From Escherichia phage 132: a stretch of 64,000 nucleotides of DNA. Numbering within the stretch: position 1 is the first letter of the stretch; each line of letters starts with the position of its first letter. The notes beneath the pieces are model-generated. The model searched no databases. It was not told where the DNA came from and worked only from the letters and a program-made list of their open reading frames with translations. Where the stretch lies: the sequence record MZ417521. One strand, written 5' to 3'. Both the position numbers and the translations under genes were made by a program. Shown piece by piece: positions 1-8,751 of the stretch.

Positions 1-578
1 TCTTTTTTAACATCAAGCACTTGGTTTTGTGAATTTAATTCACGTATTAGTGCTTTATTAAGCTTATCCATTTCAGCTAATGTTCCTACCTCGAGCAGGT
101 CTTCGACGAGTTTTCTTCTTGCAGGAGTGGATAGGCCCATGAAAGGGGTATATCCAGCCGTGCCGAGTACGACGATCTGTTTGAAACTGGCGTATGACAT
201 TCCGATAAGCTGTTCAAATTCTGCTTGGAAATCTTTACTGCTGGCAGATTCATTAAGACGTGTACCGTTAACGGTGATTTCGAAAACATTTGGTTTTTGT
301 CCTCTTTTGATATAGTACTTTTTCTCATCATATTCCATCCACAGTTCAACTAAAAGCTCTTTCTTATTTGTGCTGTTTATTAATTGGCCTTTCTTTACAT
401 CACGAAATGGCTTGCCAAAAAGCCCAAATGTGATGGCTTCTAACATAGTAGACTTACCACCACCATTTCGTCCAGTAATAAGAGTTTTTTGAACCTTATC
501 TAATTGAATGTCAATAGGATTTCCACCTACTGACATTATATTTTGATATCTAACTCGGTTTAGTTTAAAATTCTTCAC
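1..578 (-). CDS. 46: Recombination nuclease subunit gp46 (Rad50/SbcC-like ATPase), N-terminal ~192 codons; gene runs off the window start
   Basis: Not in the ORF track. Minus-strand translation from GTG at 576-578 (AGGAA SD upstream) reads MKNFKLNRVRYQNIMSVGGNPIDIQLDKVQKTLITGRNGGGKST (Walker A) with no stop to position 1; lies downstream of gene 47 as in T4. Confidence 0.75.
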   Translation of the reverse strand, partial: MKNFKLNRVRYQNIMSVGGNPIDIQLDKVQKTLITGRNGGGKSTMLEAITFGLFGKPFRDVKKGQLINSTNKKELLVELWMEYDEKKYYIKRGQKPNVFEITVNGTRLNESASSKDFQAEFEQLIGMSYASFKQIVVLGTAGYTPFMGLSTPARRKLVEDLLEVGTLAEMDKLNKALIRELNSQNQVLDVKK

Positions 579-838
579 AAAAGATTCCTTTTAATGTATC
601 TTTTAGACCATTCTATCATATCATCATAATCTAAAAAGTATTCATCAAATTCAGCCATGCAAACAACACCTTGTGCTGCTTTTGATGTGATATAAATTAT
701 TCCAACATATCTAGAATCTTCTTCGGTGTAATCAATATTTGCTATGAATTCATCGTTAATGTCAAATGTCGAAAACTTCACAGTATGCATCCTTAATACA
801 AGATACAGCCATATCTTGTAATGATTTAGGTGTGTCAT
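575..838 (-). CDS. Hypothetical small protein between genes 47 and 46
   Basis: 87-aa ORF; stop overlaps the gp46 GTG start; true start uncertain (alternative ATG at 790). Confidence 0.4.
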   Translation of the reverse strand: MTHLNHYKIWLYLVLRMHTVKFSTFDINDEFIANIDYTEEDSRYVGIIYITSKAAQGVVCMAEFDEYFLDYDDMIEWSKRYIKRNLL

Positions 839-1025
839 TATCTAAAATGTTGAAGTTAAAAGATACAGCCCAGTCAGTGCAGACCGTGACCTTTTTAATA
901 CAATTATCTTCAACCTCTAACGGTTCAAACCAATATTCAATAATTTCTTTATGCCCAATATCATCTTTTACTTCACATTCAAAATGCTGACTCATCATAA
1001 CATTTTTAAATTCATCAAAAGTCAT
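762..1025 (-). CDS. Hypothetical small protein between genes 47 and 46
   Basis: 87-aa ORF; ATG overlaps gene 47 stop (translational coupling). Confidence 0.5.
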   Translation of the reverse strand: MTFDEFKNVMMSQHFECEVKDDIGHKEIIEYWFEPLEVEDNCIKKVTVCTDWAVSFNFNILDNDTPKSLQDMAVSCIKDAYCEVFDI

Positions 1026-2041
1026 TGTGTTGCCTCTACATATAACTGATTTGCATATTGAATAAGTGCTTCACGGTCAGAATCAGTGATGTCTGGAATT
1101 GCATTAATGTATTCTTCCATCAATGTCTGAAGAGATTGAACTTCAACTTCTTCGCTATCATCTGACTCAACAGAGTTATCAATCTTTGACACAACTCGTA
1201 ATGAATGCACAACTTTTTCTAGTTCAGATTCGAACTTCGTTAGATTTTTGTCTACATCAGTTACTATAACACGTACTGATAGATTTGTAAAATCTTTATA
1301 GTCAATTTTTCCCTTAAATGGGTATTGAATTCGACGATGCCAGGTAGTGTTGTTTGGAATAAATTCCATTCGTTCTGTTTCTGTATCAAACATCCAGAAC
1401 CCACGAGGGTCATTCTCGTCACCTGCAGTTAATGTCCATGGTGTCCCAATATATCTGACGTTAGCAGCCTCAGAGATAGTATGGAAGTGACCAGACCACA
1501 CCTCTTTATAAGTCTTAAGGAAATCAGGTTCAAGACCGTGAGATTTCATTCCTTTATAAAAATAAAATCCATTCAGTTCCCAGTGACCAACACAAAAAGA
1601 AGCAGATGAAGTTTTGATATGTTCAAGAATTTCACCAGTATTTTCTTCACACATCCAAGGAATTAAATCAATCAAACATCCGTCAAAATCTACTGTAGTA
1701 GGCTTATCATATACTTTAACATTAGGATATTTAGCCAAAAGCTCAGTAGAAGCATTTGGAGTTAAAGTATTTTTAAAGTGCATATCATGGTTTCCTACAA
1801 CAGTATGTAGGGTAATACCAGCATCATCAAGCATTTGAACTATTTCACGGGCGAACTCCATAGTTTTATGTGTGATTGCTTTTCGCACATCAAAAATATC
1901 GCCATATTGAATCCATGTAGTAATTCCATTTTTCTTAGAATATTCTATCGCCTGCTTAATTCCATCCAACTGGATTGATTGAACCCACTCATCATCGGCT
2001 TTAACGCCTAAATGCCAATCACCTAAATTTAAAATTTTCAT
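1022..2041 (-). CDS. 47: Recombination endonuclease subunit gp47 (Mre11/SbcD-like phosphoesterase)
   Basis: 339 aa; metallophosphoesterase motifs (GDWHLG, GNHD); same length as T4 gp47. Confidence 0.9.
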   Translation of the reverse strand: MKILNLGDWHLGVKADDEWVQSIQLDGIKQAIEYSKKNGITTWIQYGDIFDVRKAITHKTMEFAREIVQMLDDAGITLHTVVGNHDMHFKNTLTPNASTELLAKYPNVKVYDKPTTVDFDGCLIDLIPWMCEENTGEILEHIKTSSASFCVGHWELNGFYFYKGMKSHGLEPDFLKTYKEVWSGHFHTISEAANVRYIGTPWTLTAGDENDPRGFWMFDTETERMEFIPNNTTWHRRIQYPFKGKIDYKDFTNLSVRVIVTDVDKNLTKFESELEKVVHSLRVVSKIDNSVESDDSEEVEVQSLQTLMEEYINAIPDITDSDREALIQYANQLYVEATQ

Positions 2042-2195
2042 ATATCAAGAACCGTCATTGAAATGCAAAATAAAATTATTGAAATAAATCCATCTGGAGT
2101 GCTAAAGAACCCAATCCAACATGCTCTAGTGAACAAATAAAATGCTAGAAAAAGTATCACATATCCAAGAAATATCATTATATCAAACTCCGTAT

Positions 2196-2218
2196 AAAGC
2201 TAAAGGGCCGAAGCCCTT
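2196..2218 (-). terminator. Intrinsic terminator after a-gt (UUCG tetraloop hairpin)
   Basis: AAGGGC-UUCG-GCCCUU hairpin on the minus strand followed by a U-rich tract; overlaps the a-gt stop. Confidence 0.5.
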
Positions 2219-3420
2219 TATTTTGTAATAATGTCAAACTGTTCTTTAAAGCAGAAGCTTGAATCTTGATGCTGATACAAAAATTCATAAGCTTTTTCAC
2301 GTTCACGGTCATAAAGAGCTCGGTCAGATGACAGTTCTTTAATACGTTCAAATGTTGATTCCATGTCATTTTCATCAAACCAAACGATACCGCTATCATG
2401 AGAAATTAATGGAGTATTATCAACACGGAATTTTAAATTTTCGCCCGTAGATTTCCAAAATACCGGAATTGTTCCACATGCACCAAGCTCGAGATGAGTG
2501 TATTCTAAAGAACGCTGTAGATATTTTTTGTCCAACTTACTCAGCTGATAACCAAATCCGGATTTACTCATGCGTTCAAGCATTTCGCTATTTACATAAC
2601 GGTCGAGAATTTGCGTTGGCAAATTAGGAGCAATTTTAATTTGGTCTACTTGATGAAGACGATAATACTCGTATGGAATTCCTTTTTCTTTAATAGGAAT
2701 GAACGCTGGAGAACGTTCCAGACCTTCCATAATAGTACTTAGTCCTGCAGGTTTAAGATGTTTTTCGTGAAAATCAAACATCTGATAAAAGCCTTTCCAT
2801 GTAGTAGTACGACCAATCCAACGGTTGATATTCATGTTAATTTCAGAAACATCTTTCCAGTAGGTTGATCGAACCTTCGCAATATCCATAGGAGGCTGGA
2901 AGTTATATACGGTCGGTGCTTCTTCAATATCATCAAACAGAGAAACTGTTTCTGGATACCATTCTTTCATTAAAACTTTATTAAAATCACCATTATCAGA
3001 ATGGCTAAAAATAACATCAGCTCGACGAACAGTTTCTTCTAATCCCAAATTTCGGCGTAAAGAAAGAGAAGAATGGTCATGCTGATAAACTACAACACGA
3101 ACCGAAGGTTTAATATTATCAATAATTTTTTTATAGTTATTAATTGTGTCTTCTTCAACTGAAGTAGCAGGAACTGAATTGATAATTAGAATATCACAAT
3201 CATTTACCAACTTAAGTGTTTTATCGTATTCTTTTGCCAATAAAACCGGAATTGAAAATGACTTATAATCATGTGCGCAATTACGAGTAAATGATTTATC
3301 TTTAGCATAAACCAAAGTTACTTCATGACCATTTTTAATAAACCAATCACGTTGCTCAAGAGAAAATTTAGTTACACCGCAACCTTCAAGACCTCGAGCC
3401 ATAAAAATACATACTTTCAT
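2218..3420 (-). CDS. a-gt: DNA alpha-glucosyltransferase (hmC-DNA glucosylation)
   Basis: 400 aa; recognised as T-even alpha-glucosyltransferase by sequence and by position after gene 47; followed by a hairpin terminator. Confidence 0.85.
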   Translation of the reverse strand: MKVCIFMARGLEGCGVTKFSLEQRDWFIKNGHEVTLVYAKDKSFTRNCAHDYKSFSIPVLLAKEYDKTLKLVNDCDILIINSVPATSVEEDTINNYKKIIDNIKPSVRVVVYQHDHSSLSLRRNLGLEETVRRADVIFSHSDNGDFNKVLMKEWYPETVSLFDDIEEAPTVYNFQPPMDIAKVRSTYWKDVSEINMNINRWIGRTTTWKGFYQMFDFHEKHLKPAGLSTIMEGLERSPAFIPIKEKGIPYEYYRLHQVDQIKIAPNLPTQILDRYVNSEMLERMSKSGFGYQLSKLDKKYLQRSLEYTHLELGACGTIPVFWKSTGENLKFRVDNTPLISHDSGIVWFDENDMESTFERIKELSSDRALYDREREKAYEFLYQHQDSSFCFKEQFDIITK

Positions 3421-3444
3421 TTAATATCCTCATTGTTTTGGTTT

Positions 3445-3470
3445 ATTTTACCAAAAATTTATAAAGCAAT
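3445..3470 (-). promoter_or_regulatory. Middle (MotA-dependent type) promoter candidate for a-gt
   Basis: Minus strand reads ATTGCTTTA (MotA-box-like), 11 nt, TAAAAT; ~25 nt upstream of the a-gt SD. Confidence 0.4.
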
Positions 3471-3471
3471 A

Positions 3472-3489
3472 TAGGAGCCGAAGCTCCTA
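3472..3489 (-). terminator. Hairpin / terminator upstream of a-gt
   Basis: UAGGAGC-UUCG-GCUCCUA hairpin followed by AU-rich sequence. Confidence 0.4.
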
Positions 3490-3660
3490 TCCGCATAATA
3501 CGCCATACAGAGGCTCATTAGAGCTTCTAAATTTTATACGCTTATATGTTATAGTTCCTTCTGCTTTAGCTTTATCATGAGACTCTTTAAAACGTCTCAT
3601 CATTTCTACTTTAGAGGAACGAATTTTATTATAATCTATTTCAGAAGTCTGGGTGTTCAT
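3487..3660 (-). CDS. Hypothetical 57-aa protein
   Basis: Not in the ORF track (below size cutoff). ATG at 3658-3660, TAG at 3487-3489, translation MNTQTSEIDYNKIRSSKVEMMRRFKESHDKAKAEGTITYKRIKFRSSNEPLYGVLCG; weak SD. Confidence 0.3.
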   Translation of the reverse strand: MNTQTSEIDYNKIRSSKVEMMRRFKESHDKAKAEGTITYKRIKFRSSNEPLYGVLCG

Positions 3661-3663
3661 CTT

Positions 3664-3870
3664 TCACAGTTGCCACCATTTTTTGACTTGATAAGAATCA
3701 ACCCACACTTTCATATTAGGGTCTGCTCTTACAATAGGAGGATTAACTTCTTTGATTGAACTATCATGGTATTCTTTTTCAGAAATTTTCACGCAAAGAT
3801 GACCATTCAAAGATTCAGTAAATCCTGCATTAATTTTAAGACGCTTGAATTTTACGTGTGTAAGCATCAA
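3664..3870 (-). CDS. Hypothetical 68-aa protein
   Basis: ORF track; overlaps upstream ORF by 35 nt, so start is uncertain. Confidence 0.3.
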   Translation of the reverse strand: MMLTHVKFKRLKINAGFTESLNGHLCVKISEKEYHDSSIKEVNPPIVRADPNMKVWVDSYQVKKWWQL

Positions 3871-4153
3871 TCATATCCTCAATCTGCGATCTAGTAGTCT
3901 TCCAAAGAATACTAATGAGTTCATCGTTATATGGCTGTTTTAGAATATCCCGACTTTTCTTGATAGCATATTCGTATTGAGCAAAATTATTGTTTTCAGC
4001 TGCAATCTGAGCGTGTTTATAAAGACGGTTCAGTTCGCGTTTATTTTTAGACAATAACTTATTTGCTTTTCTTTCTGCTTCAAGACGGTTCTTTTCTTCA
4101 ATAAAAGAAATAAGCTTTTCCACTTCATCATTAATTTCGGGTTTATCAGTCAT
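3836..4153 (-). CDS. Hypothetical 105-aa protein
   Basis: ORF track; same strand and orientation as neighbours. Confidence 0.5.
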   Translation of the reverse strand: MTDKPEINDEVEKLISFIEEKNRLEAERKANKLLSKNKRELNRLYKHAQIAAENNNFAQYEYAIKKSRDILKQPYNDELISILWKTTRSQIEDMIDAYTRKIQAS

Positions 4154-4154
4154 A

Positions 4155-4373
4155 TTATTTCTCTAATATAAAATAAAAATCATCATCTGTTAAATGATAC
4201 CGATAGTTTAATTCTACACCATTAGATTTAAAAGCGGTATCATACGGATTTTCTGGATCAATATCAATGTCAAGAGCTAAAACTTCCCTGAGATACATTT
4301 TAAGTAAATAGGGAATAGCTTCAACTTCAGGTATTTCTTCCAAGAATCCGGAGAGGTTAATCGTTAGCCTCAT
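4155..4373 (-). CDS. Hypothetical 72-aa acidic protein
   Basis: ORF track; lies immediately downstream of gene 55. Confidence 0.5.
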
Positions 4374-4914
4374 ATAAAAAATCCAAACTAGGAGAATCGT
4401 CTACAACACTTTTCTTTTCAGCCCCTGGTGTTCTATAGGTTGATTCTTCGTAATGCGTCATTTTATCGTAGATGTCTTGAATAAAAGTTTCATCTACTAA
4501 CGCAACCATATCGTCGTCACGACTGTCATAGACATTGTGAACGAAGTAACTATATTTCTTTGCAACTTCCTTACGTTCTTTTTTAATACGTTGGACGAAT
4601 GCATTAAAACAAGCTTGAGTTATATATGCATGTGGGTTTTTATATTTCGTTTCATCAAAATTATGAAGCCCCTTAATAGAAGCTTCTATACCATCTGCAA
4701 TCATTTCTTGTTTCCAAGATTGGGTGTATCCTGAAAAGTTGAAACGTTTAGATAAGCCTTCTGCAATAAGCATAATGGCTAATCCGATAGTATCATTCTG
4801 ACGAACTACTTTATTTGGGTCTTTATTATTTGCTAATTCTGTTTTCCAATCAATAATAGCTTGTAAAAGCTCTTTATTGTTTACGTAATTATATTTAGGC
4901 TTAGTTTCTGACAT
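4357..4914 (-). CDS. 55: Late-transcription sigma factor gp55
   Basis: 185 aa from the internal ATG ([18 protein letters not shown]...); GAGGTG SD; the ORF-track start at 4920 is a GTG two codons upstream. Confidence 0.9.
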
Positions 4915-4951
4915 TTTCACCTCTTAGCTCAATTCATAGATCTATTATATC

Positions 4952-4981
4952 ATAATATTTGAAGATCTATCTTAAAGCATA
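4952..4981 (-). promoter_or_regulatory. Possible middle promoter for gene 55
   Basis: Minus strand TATGCTTTA box followed by TATTAT, but spacing is 15 nt, longer than typical. Confidence 0.25.
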
Positions 4982-4992
4982 GAGGATATCAG

Positions 4993-5262
4993 TTATCTAA
5001 GTAAACAGTATGCTTGGAACACTTTCTCCATCATCTTTTTAAATTCATGAATATCTATATAATGACTAGTTAAATCAGCATGATATAAAAAGTCTAAAAA
5101 CTTTTCATGTGTGCTAACATATTCGCTTTCATTTAATTCAGAAACATGGCTTTCCCAATATCCAACACCAGTCTTATTTGGGAAAAATGAAATTTTCATA
5201 TATTGGTCAACATAGAAAATTCCATAATTTTCAATAGTAATAGAAATATTAATAAATTTCAT
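4993..5262 (-). CDS. Hypothetical 89-aa protein
   Basis: ORF track; first of three ORFs coupled by 4-nt overlaps. Confidence 0.5.
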   Translation of the reverse strand: MKFINISITIENYGIFYVDQYMKISFFPNKTGVGYWESHVSELNESEYVSTHEKFLDFLYHADLTSHYIDIHEFKKMMEKVFQAYCLLR

Positions 5263-5480
5263 ACATTCATCAACTTAGCCGCTTCAAGAGCTGCATCTAG
5301 TGAATCAAATTGGTCAACGTATTCAATCAATTCGCCATAATTAGCGTATAACCACCATTGGCTAAATTCATACTCAAGGATGAATCCGTTTCCTTCAATT
5401 TGAGTTAAACCAATGCCATTTGTATTTACTTCATATCCGGCAAGACGTAAATCGTTAATAAGAGCTTCGTTCATATTCAT
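5259..5480 (-). CDS. Hypothetical 73-aa protein
   Basis: ORF track; 4-nt overlaps with both neighbours. Confidence 0.5.
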   Translation of the reverse strand: MNMNEALINDLRLAGYEVNTNGIGLTQIEGNGFILEYEFSQWWLYANYGELIEYVDQFDSLDAALEAAKLMNV

Positions 5481-5803
5481 ACCTTAGTAATTTTCAGGTC
5501 AGCAAATTTTTTCTTGCGTTGATTTTTCATACGACGAATAGTTTTATCAGAAATTTCATGCTTTTGATAAGCTTTAGATTCTACACCAAAAGCTTTAACG
5601 TCAAATTCAGACAAGATATATTGAACCAACAATTCACGGATAGTATTTCGTCCAATTTTCTGATCATTCTGTTTCATCGTCTGATGAAGCTCTTTTTCCC
5701 ATTTATCCAAAATTTGAGGAGTTACAATATCGCCTTTTTCTAGCAAAGAAACTACTTTATCATATGCATAAGAATTGATGGCGTTTTTAATTTGAATAGT
5801 CAT
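5477..5803 (-). CDS. Hypothetical 108-aa basic protein
   Basis: ORF track; coupled to the downstream ORF. Confidence 0.55.
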   Translation of the reverse strand: MTIQIKNAINSYAYDKVVSLLEKGDIVTPQILDKWEKELHQTMKQNDQKIGRNTIRELLVQYILSEFDVKAFGVESKAYQKHEISDKTIRRMKNQRKKKFADLKITKV

Positions 5804-5831
5804 ACATTATCCTCAATTACATTAAAATTTT

Positions 5832-5857
5832 ATTATCCAAAAAGGGCCGAAGCCCTT
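5832..5857 (-). terminator. Intrinsic terminator
   Basis: AAGGGC-UUCG-GCCCUU hairpin followed by UUUUUGG on the minus strand. Confidence 0.65.
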
Positions 5858-6056
5858 AGCTAAACTGTTTGGCACCCTTCCAGCCTTCATACATCATTGC
5901 GGCTGATATTAATATTGCCCCTGAACAGCTTGAATATTTGTGATTCCAAAACCAGTTCAGAAAAACTTCGTCATCAATACCTTGGGCTATCATATTTTCA
6001 AAGAACTGACGACGAGCTTCGGCAATTCGTTGTGATAATTTAGATTCAGGATTCAT
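5856..6056 (-). CDS. Hypothetical 66-aa protein
   Basis: ORF track; stop overlaps a UUCG-loop terminator hairpin. Confidence 0.5.
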   Translation of the reverse strand: MNPESKLSQRIAEARRQFFENMIAQGIDDEVFLNWFWNHKYSSCSGAILISAAMMYEGWKGAKQFS

Positions 6057-6188
6057 TTAAATTTTCCAATTGCCATTTTCATCAATGAATTTAATCCAGT
6101 CATTTACTGACCACTTGGTCGTATCGCCTTTTGGAGCAACATTTAAAGTGTATAATCCTTGTTTAAAAAGCATACGTTTGATATTCAT
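6057..6188 (-). CDS. Hypothetical 43-aa protein
   Basis: Internal ATG of ORF 6057..6272 preceded by GAGGAAAAT SD; the longer ORF-track version overlaps the upstream gene. Confidence 0.4.
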   Translation of the reverse strand: MNIKRMLFKQGLYTLNVAPKGDTTKWSVNDWIKFIDENGNWKI

Positions 6189-6195
6189 ATTTTCC

Positions 6196-6489
6196 TCAGC
6201 TGTAACGATAGCACTCGTTTGATTTACGTTTAGCAACTCGTTGAGAAGTATTATAATCAAAATCGTCATCAATGTAAACTGATTTTTTCAACTTTCTTAC
6301 TTCACTACGCAATTGACGATTTAGCTCATCTTTAACTTCTGAATCAATGCCTTTCATTCTACGCCATTTATCAGAGCGAAAAATGTTTTCAACCATATCT
6401 TTATGACTTACACCATCAGGAGCTTTACGCTTTCCGAAATAGTCATAATCACGTACTTTTAAATCTTTACGACGATACGTTTTACCCAT
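6196..6489 (-). CDS. Hypothetical 97-aa basic protein
   Basis: Internal ATG (MGKTYRRKDL...) with AAGGA SD; the ORF-track start at 6534 lacks an SD. Confidence 0.5.
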   Translation of the reverse strand: MGKTYRRKDLKVRDYDYFGKRKAPDGVSHKDMVENIFRSDKWRRMKGIDSEVKDELNRQLRSEVRKLKKSVYIDDDFDYNTSQRVAKRKSNECYRYS

Positions 6490-6658
6490 GGAGTTTAATT
6501 TCCTTAGCAACTGAACTAAATACAGCACGGTCACAAATCATGTGTTTGTTCCATTTAAGTACAGTATAATGAACATCTAGATCATCTACTGCTGTAACAA
6601 TAACAATATGTCCGTTAACACGATAATACTGATCCTTTTTAATCTCTTTATCAACCAT
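6482..6658 (-). CDS. Hypothetical 58-aa protein
   Basis: Not in the ORF track. ATG at 6656-6658 with GAGGA SD, directly downstream of an early promoter (6689-6718); translation MVDKEIKKDQYYRVNGHIVIV... Confidence 0.45.
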   Translation of the reverse strand: MVDKEIKKDQYYRVNGHIVIVTAVDDLDVHYTVLKWNKHMICDRAVFSSVAKEIKLHG

Positions 6659-6688
6659 ATCAAATCCTCAAAGGCAATTCATATGTTA

Positions 6689-6718
6689 ATAATACCACAG
6701 TTTGAACTTCTTGTAAAC
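6689..6718 (-). promoter_or_regulatory. Early sigma70-type promoter
   Basis: Minus strand GTTTAC-N18-TGG-TATTAT; upstream of ORF 6482..6658. Confidence 0.6.
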
Positions 6719-6789
6719 AACTTTGTGAAATTATTTTAGGGAATGATAAGAAGTGAATGATAGTTAGAATGGTAATATACAGAATGTGA

Positions 6790-6811
6790 GAAAGAAAGGC
6801 CCAGAGGGCCC
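6790..6811 (-). terminator. Intrinsic terminator after nrdH
   Basis: GGGCC-UCU-GGCCC hairpin followed by UUUCUUUCUC. Confidence 0.55.
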
Positions 6812-6814
6812 GTC

Positions 6815-7123
6815 TTAGTCTTCTATGATATCTCTATCATATCCAAGTGAAATGAGAGTTTCTTTGAAGTGTTTAATGTTCTTTTGTCTAGAATCATTAA
6901 TGAAAATGACTGGATAACGAATGTTAAGAGATGTGAATCCAGCGCGTTTAGCAAGAGATACAATCAGTGGACGATCATACTCAATCTTACCATTATTTGT
7001 AAGAACTTTATAGAAAGTAAAAGGAGCATTGAGCTCCTTTAGAAGTTTTGTAACTGATTGACATCCAGGACAACGACCTACTTCATCTGGAATTCCATAG
7101 ACTTCAATCTTATTTTGTTTCAC
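6815..7123 (-). CDS. nrdH: Glutaredoxin-like protein (NrdH-type redoxin)
   Basis: 102 aa with CPGC redox motif; sits between gene 55 and nrdG; followed by a terminator hairpin. Confidence 0.6.
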   Translation of the reverse strand: MKQNKIEVYGIPDEVGRCPGCQSVTKLLKELNAPFTFYKVLTNNGKIEYDRPLIVSLAKRAGFTSLNIRYPVIFINDSRQKNIKHFKETLISLGYDRDIIED

Positions 7124-7125
7124 AA

Positions 7126-7338
7126 CTATTCCTTACTAAGAGCAGCATTCAGCTTGTTAGTAATTTTATCCAGACGCTTATTGAACTCACTAGAAGATAA
7201 GCCTTTTTCTGGAGAAATTAAGCTAATCACGAAAAATATAGCAATAAAAGGAATAAGAAAAATAGCACCAACTGCCATAAACAAAAAGAACGTTACAGTT
7301 GTAAGAAAATCAGCTAAACCTTTACGAAATTTATACAT
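7126..7338 (-). CDS. Small membrane protein (one or two TM helices)
   Basis: 70 aa, hydrophobic core FLFMAVGAIFLIPFIAIFFVISL. Confidence 0.5.
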   Translation of the reverse strand: MYKFRKGLADFLTTVTFFLFMAVGAIFLIPFIAIFFVISLISPEKGLSSSEFNKRLDKITNKLNAALSKE

Positions 7339-7453
7339 ATTTTACCCTTAATTGATTAACCAAGCATTGATAAGCACTAAACTATATTGCGAATAAAATT
7401 CTGGACCAAAATGAAAAATCATATCATTTATAGTATCCATAATATAATTCAAT

Positions 7454-7924
7454 TTAATCATGTTTCCACACCCCATCAGTATTTGACCAAAGCCGCTGAT
7501 TATCTGATCCTCGCCACAGCTTTTTAGTCGGAAGATTTTTCTTATACTTCCCATCAATAATAACATCAACATATTTAAGCATTTCTAGTTGTTTAATATC
7601 TTCAAACTTATATCCTGTCCACAACCAAATGCTTTTATTGGGATAAAGATTTTTTACTGTTTGAACGATGCAATGAATAACATCTCGGTTATCAGGATAG
7701 AGAGGGTCACCTCCGGTTATAGTCAATCCTTCTATATAATCATTATTCAAACATTCAATCAATTGTTCTAGTGTTTCACCAGTGAATGGAATACCATTTC
7801 TAGCATTCCATGTTGATTTATTATAACACCCTTCACATTTATGCAAACAACCTGTAACGAAAAGAACGACCCTGCATCCAGGACCATTAACAAAGCAGCA
7901 CGGGTATATTCTGTCATAATTCAT
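7454..7924 (-). CDS. nrdG: Anaerobic ribonucleotide reductase activating protein (radical SAM)
   Basis: Internal ATG gives MNYDRIYPCCFVNGPGCR... with a 4Fe-4S Cys cluster; ATGA overlap with the upstream homing-endonuclease ORF. Confidence 0.85.
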   Translation of the reverse strand: MNYDRIYPCCFVNGPGCRVVLFVTGCLHKCEGCYNKSTWNARNGIPFTGETLEQLIECLNNDYIEGLTITGGDPLYPDNRDVIHCIVQTVKNLYPNKSIWLWTGYKFEDIKQLEMLKYVDVIIDGKYKKNLPTKKLWRGSDNQRLWSNTDGVWKHD

Positions 7925-8751
7925 AATAATATCCAATTTTTCCAAGCTTCATCAGTAGAATTACAGCGTTTTAGTATAAGATGTCTAGAAACTTTTATGG
8001 CATTTGAGCACTTTTTAATTGAATCATATTTAATACCGTCAACTGAAACGGTTTTGCTAGTTGGAGAAATTTTTCCATACATTGGATTTTTTGAACCAAC
8101 TTGAAGTCCTTTTAAAGCTTTTGAAAGCTTTTGTCTAGATTCCAATGACATGGGAGAATTCTTTTTACCTTCAATAATTCGCTTGCGATGAAGTTCGCGT
8201 TCTTCTTCACTCAAAGAATTGTAATATTTTTTAACACCGTTTGATATAGATAATTTATCTTTCTCAGACCGCTCTCCAGCTAATTTACTTCTAACATCTT
8301 TTCGCTTCATAGCTATGCTTACGGCTTTATTTAAATTTGCTTGATGCTCTGGCGTACGTTTATATTTCTTTAAAGCACGTGAAATAGCTATTTTAGTTTC
8401 TTCTGTTCTCTTTTTACCTTTATTTGCTAAACTATTTTTGTGGCGATGTTCAAGTGTCTGTTCATAAGCAGTTCCACCTTTTCCACCGGGTTTAATATTA
8501 TATGTATTTTCTTTTAGACAATACTCTTCGGTTACAAGTTCAGCTTCTTTATCATACATTTGTTTTTCATTATCAAAAACATGTAAAATTTCTTTATTAA
8601 AATTTTTTCTACCATATTTTAATAAAGCGGCACGAATCAATGTTCCTGATCCCATATAACCGTCATTTATGTTATCGGTGCTATGCGCACCGATATATTC
8701 CTTTGAATTAATTATATTTGTTATTTTATAAATTATATAATACCTATGCAT
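7921..8751 (-). CDS. Free-standing GIY-YIG homing endonuclease
   Basis: 276 aa; N-terminal GIY-YIG module (YIIYKITN...EYIGAH), repeated basic DNA-binding motifs, C-terminal helix-turn-helix; wedged between nrdD stop and nrdG start with overlaps at both ends. Confidence 0.8.
   Translation of the reverse strand: MHRYYIIYKITNIINSKEYIGAHSTDNINDGYMGSGTLIRAALLKYGRKNFNKEILHVFDNEKQMYDKEAELVTEEYCLKENTYNIKPGGKGGTAYEQTLEHRHKNSLANKGKKRTEETKIAISRALKKYKRTPEHQANLNKAVSIAMKRKDVRSKLAGERSEKDKLSISNGVKKYYNSLSEEERELHRKRIIEGKKNSPMSLESRQKLSKALKGLQVGSKNPMYGKISPTSKTVSVDGIKYDSIKKCSNAIKVSRHLILKRCNSTDEAWKNWILL

Noticed and set aside
7348-7572. ORF 7348..7572 (74 aa)
   Set aside because: Overlaps the 3' end of nrdG in another frame; only a 30-codon tail lies outside nrdG and there is no convincing SD.
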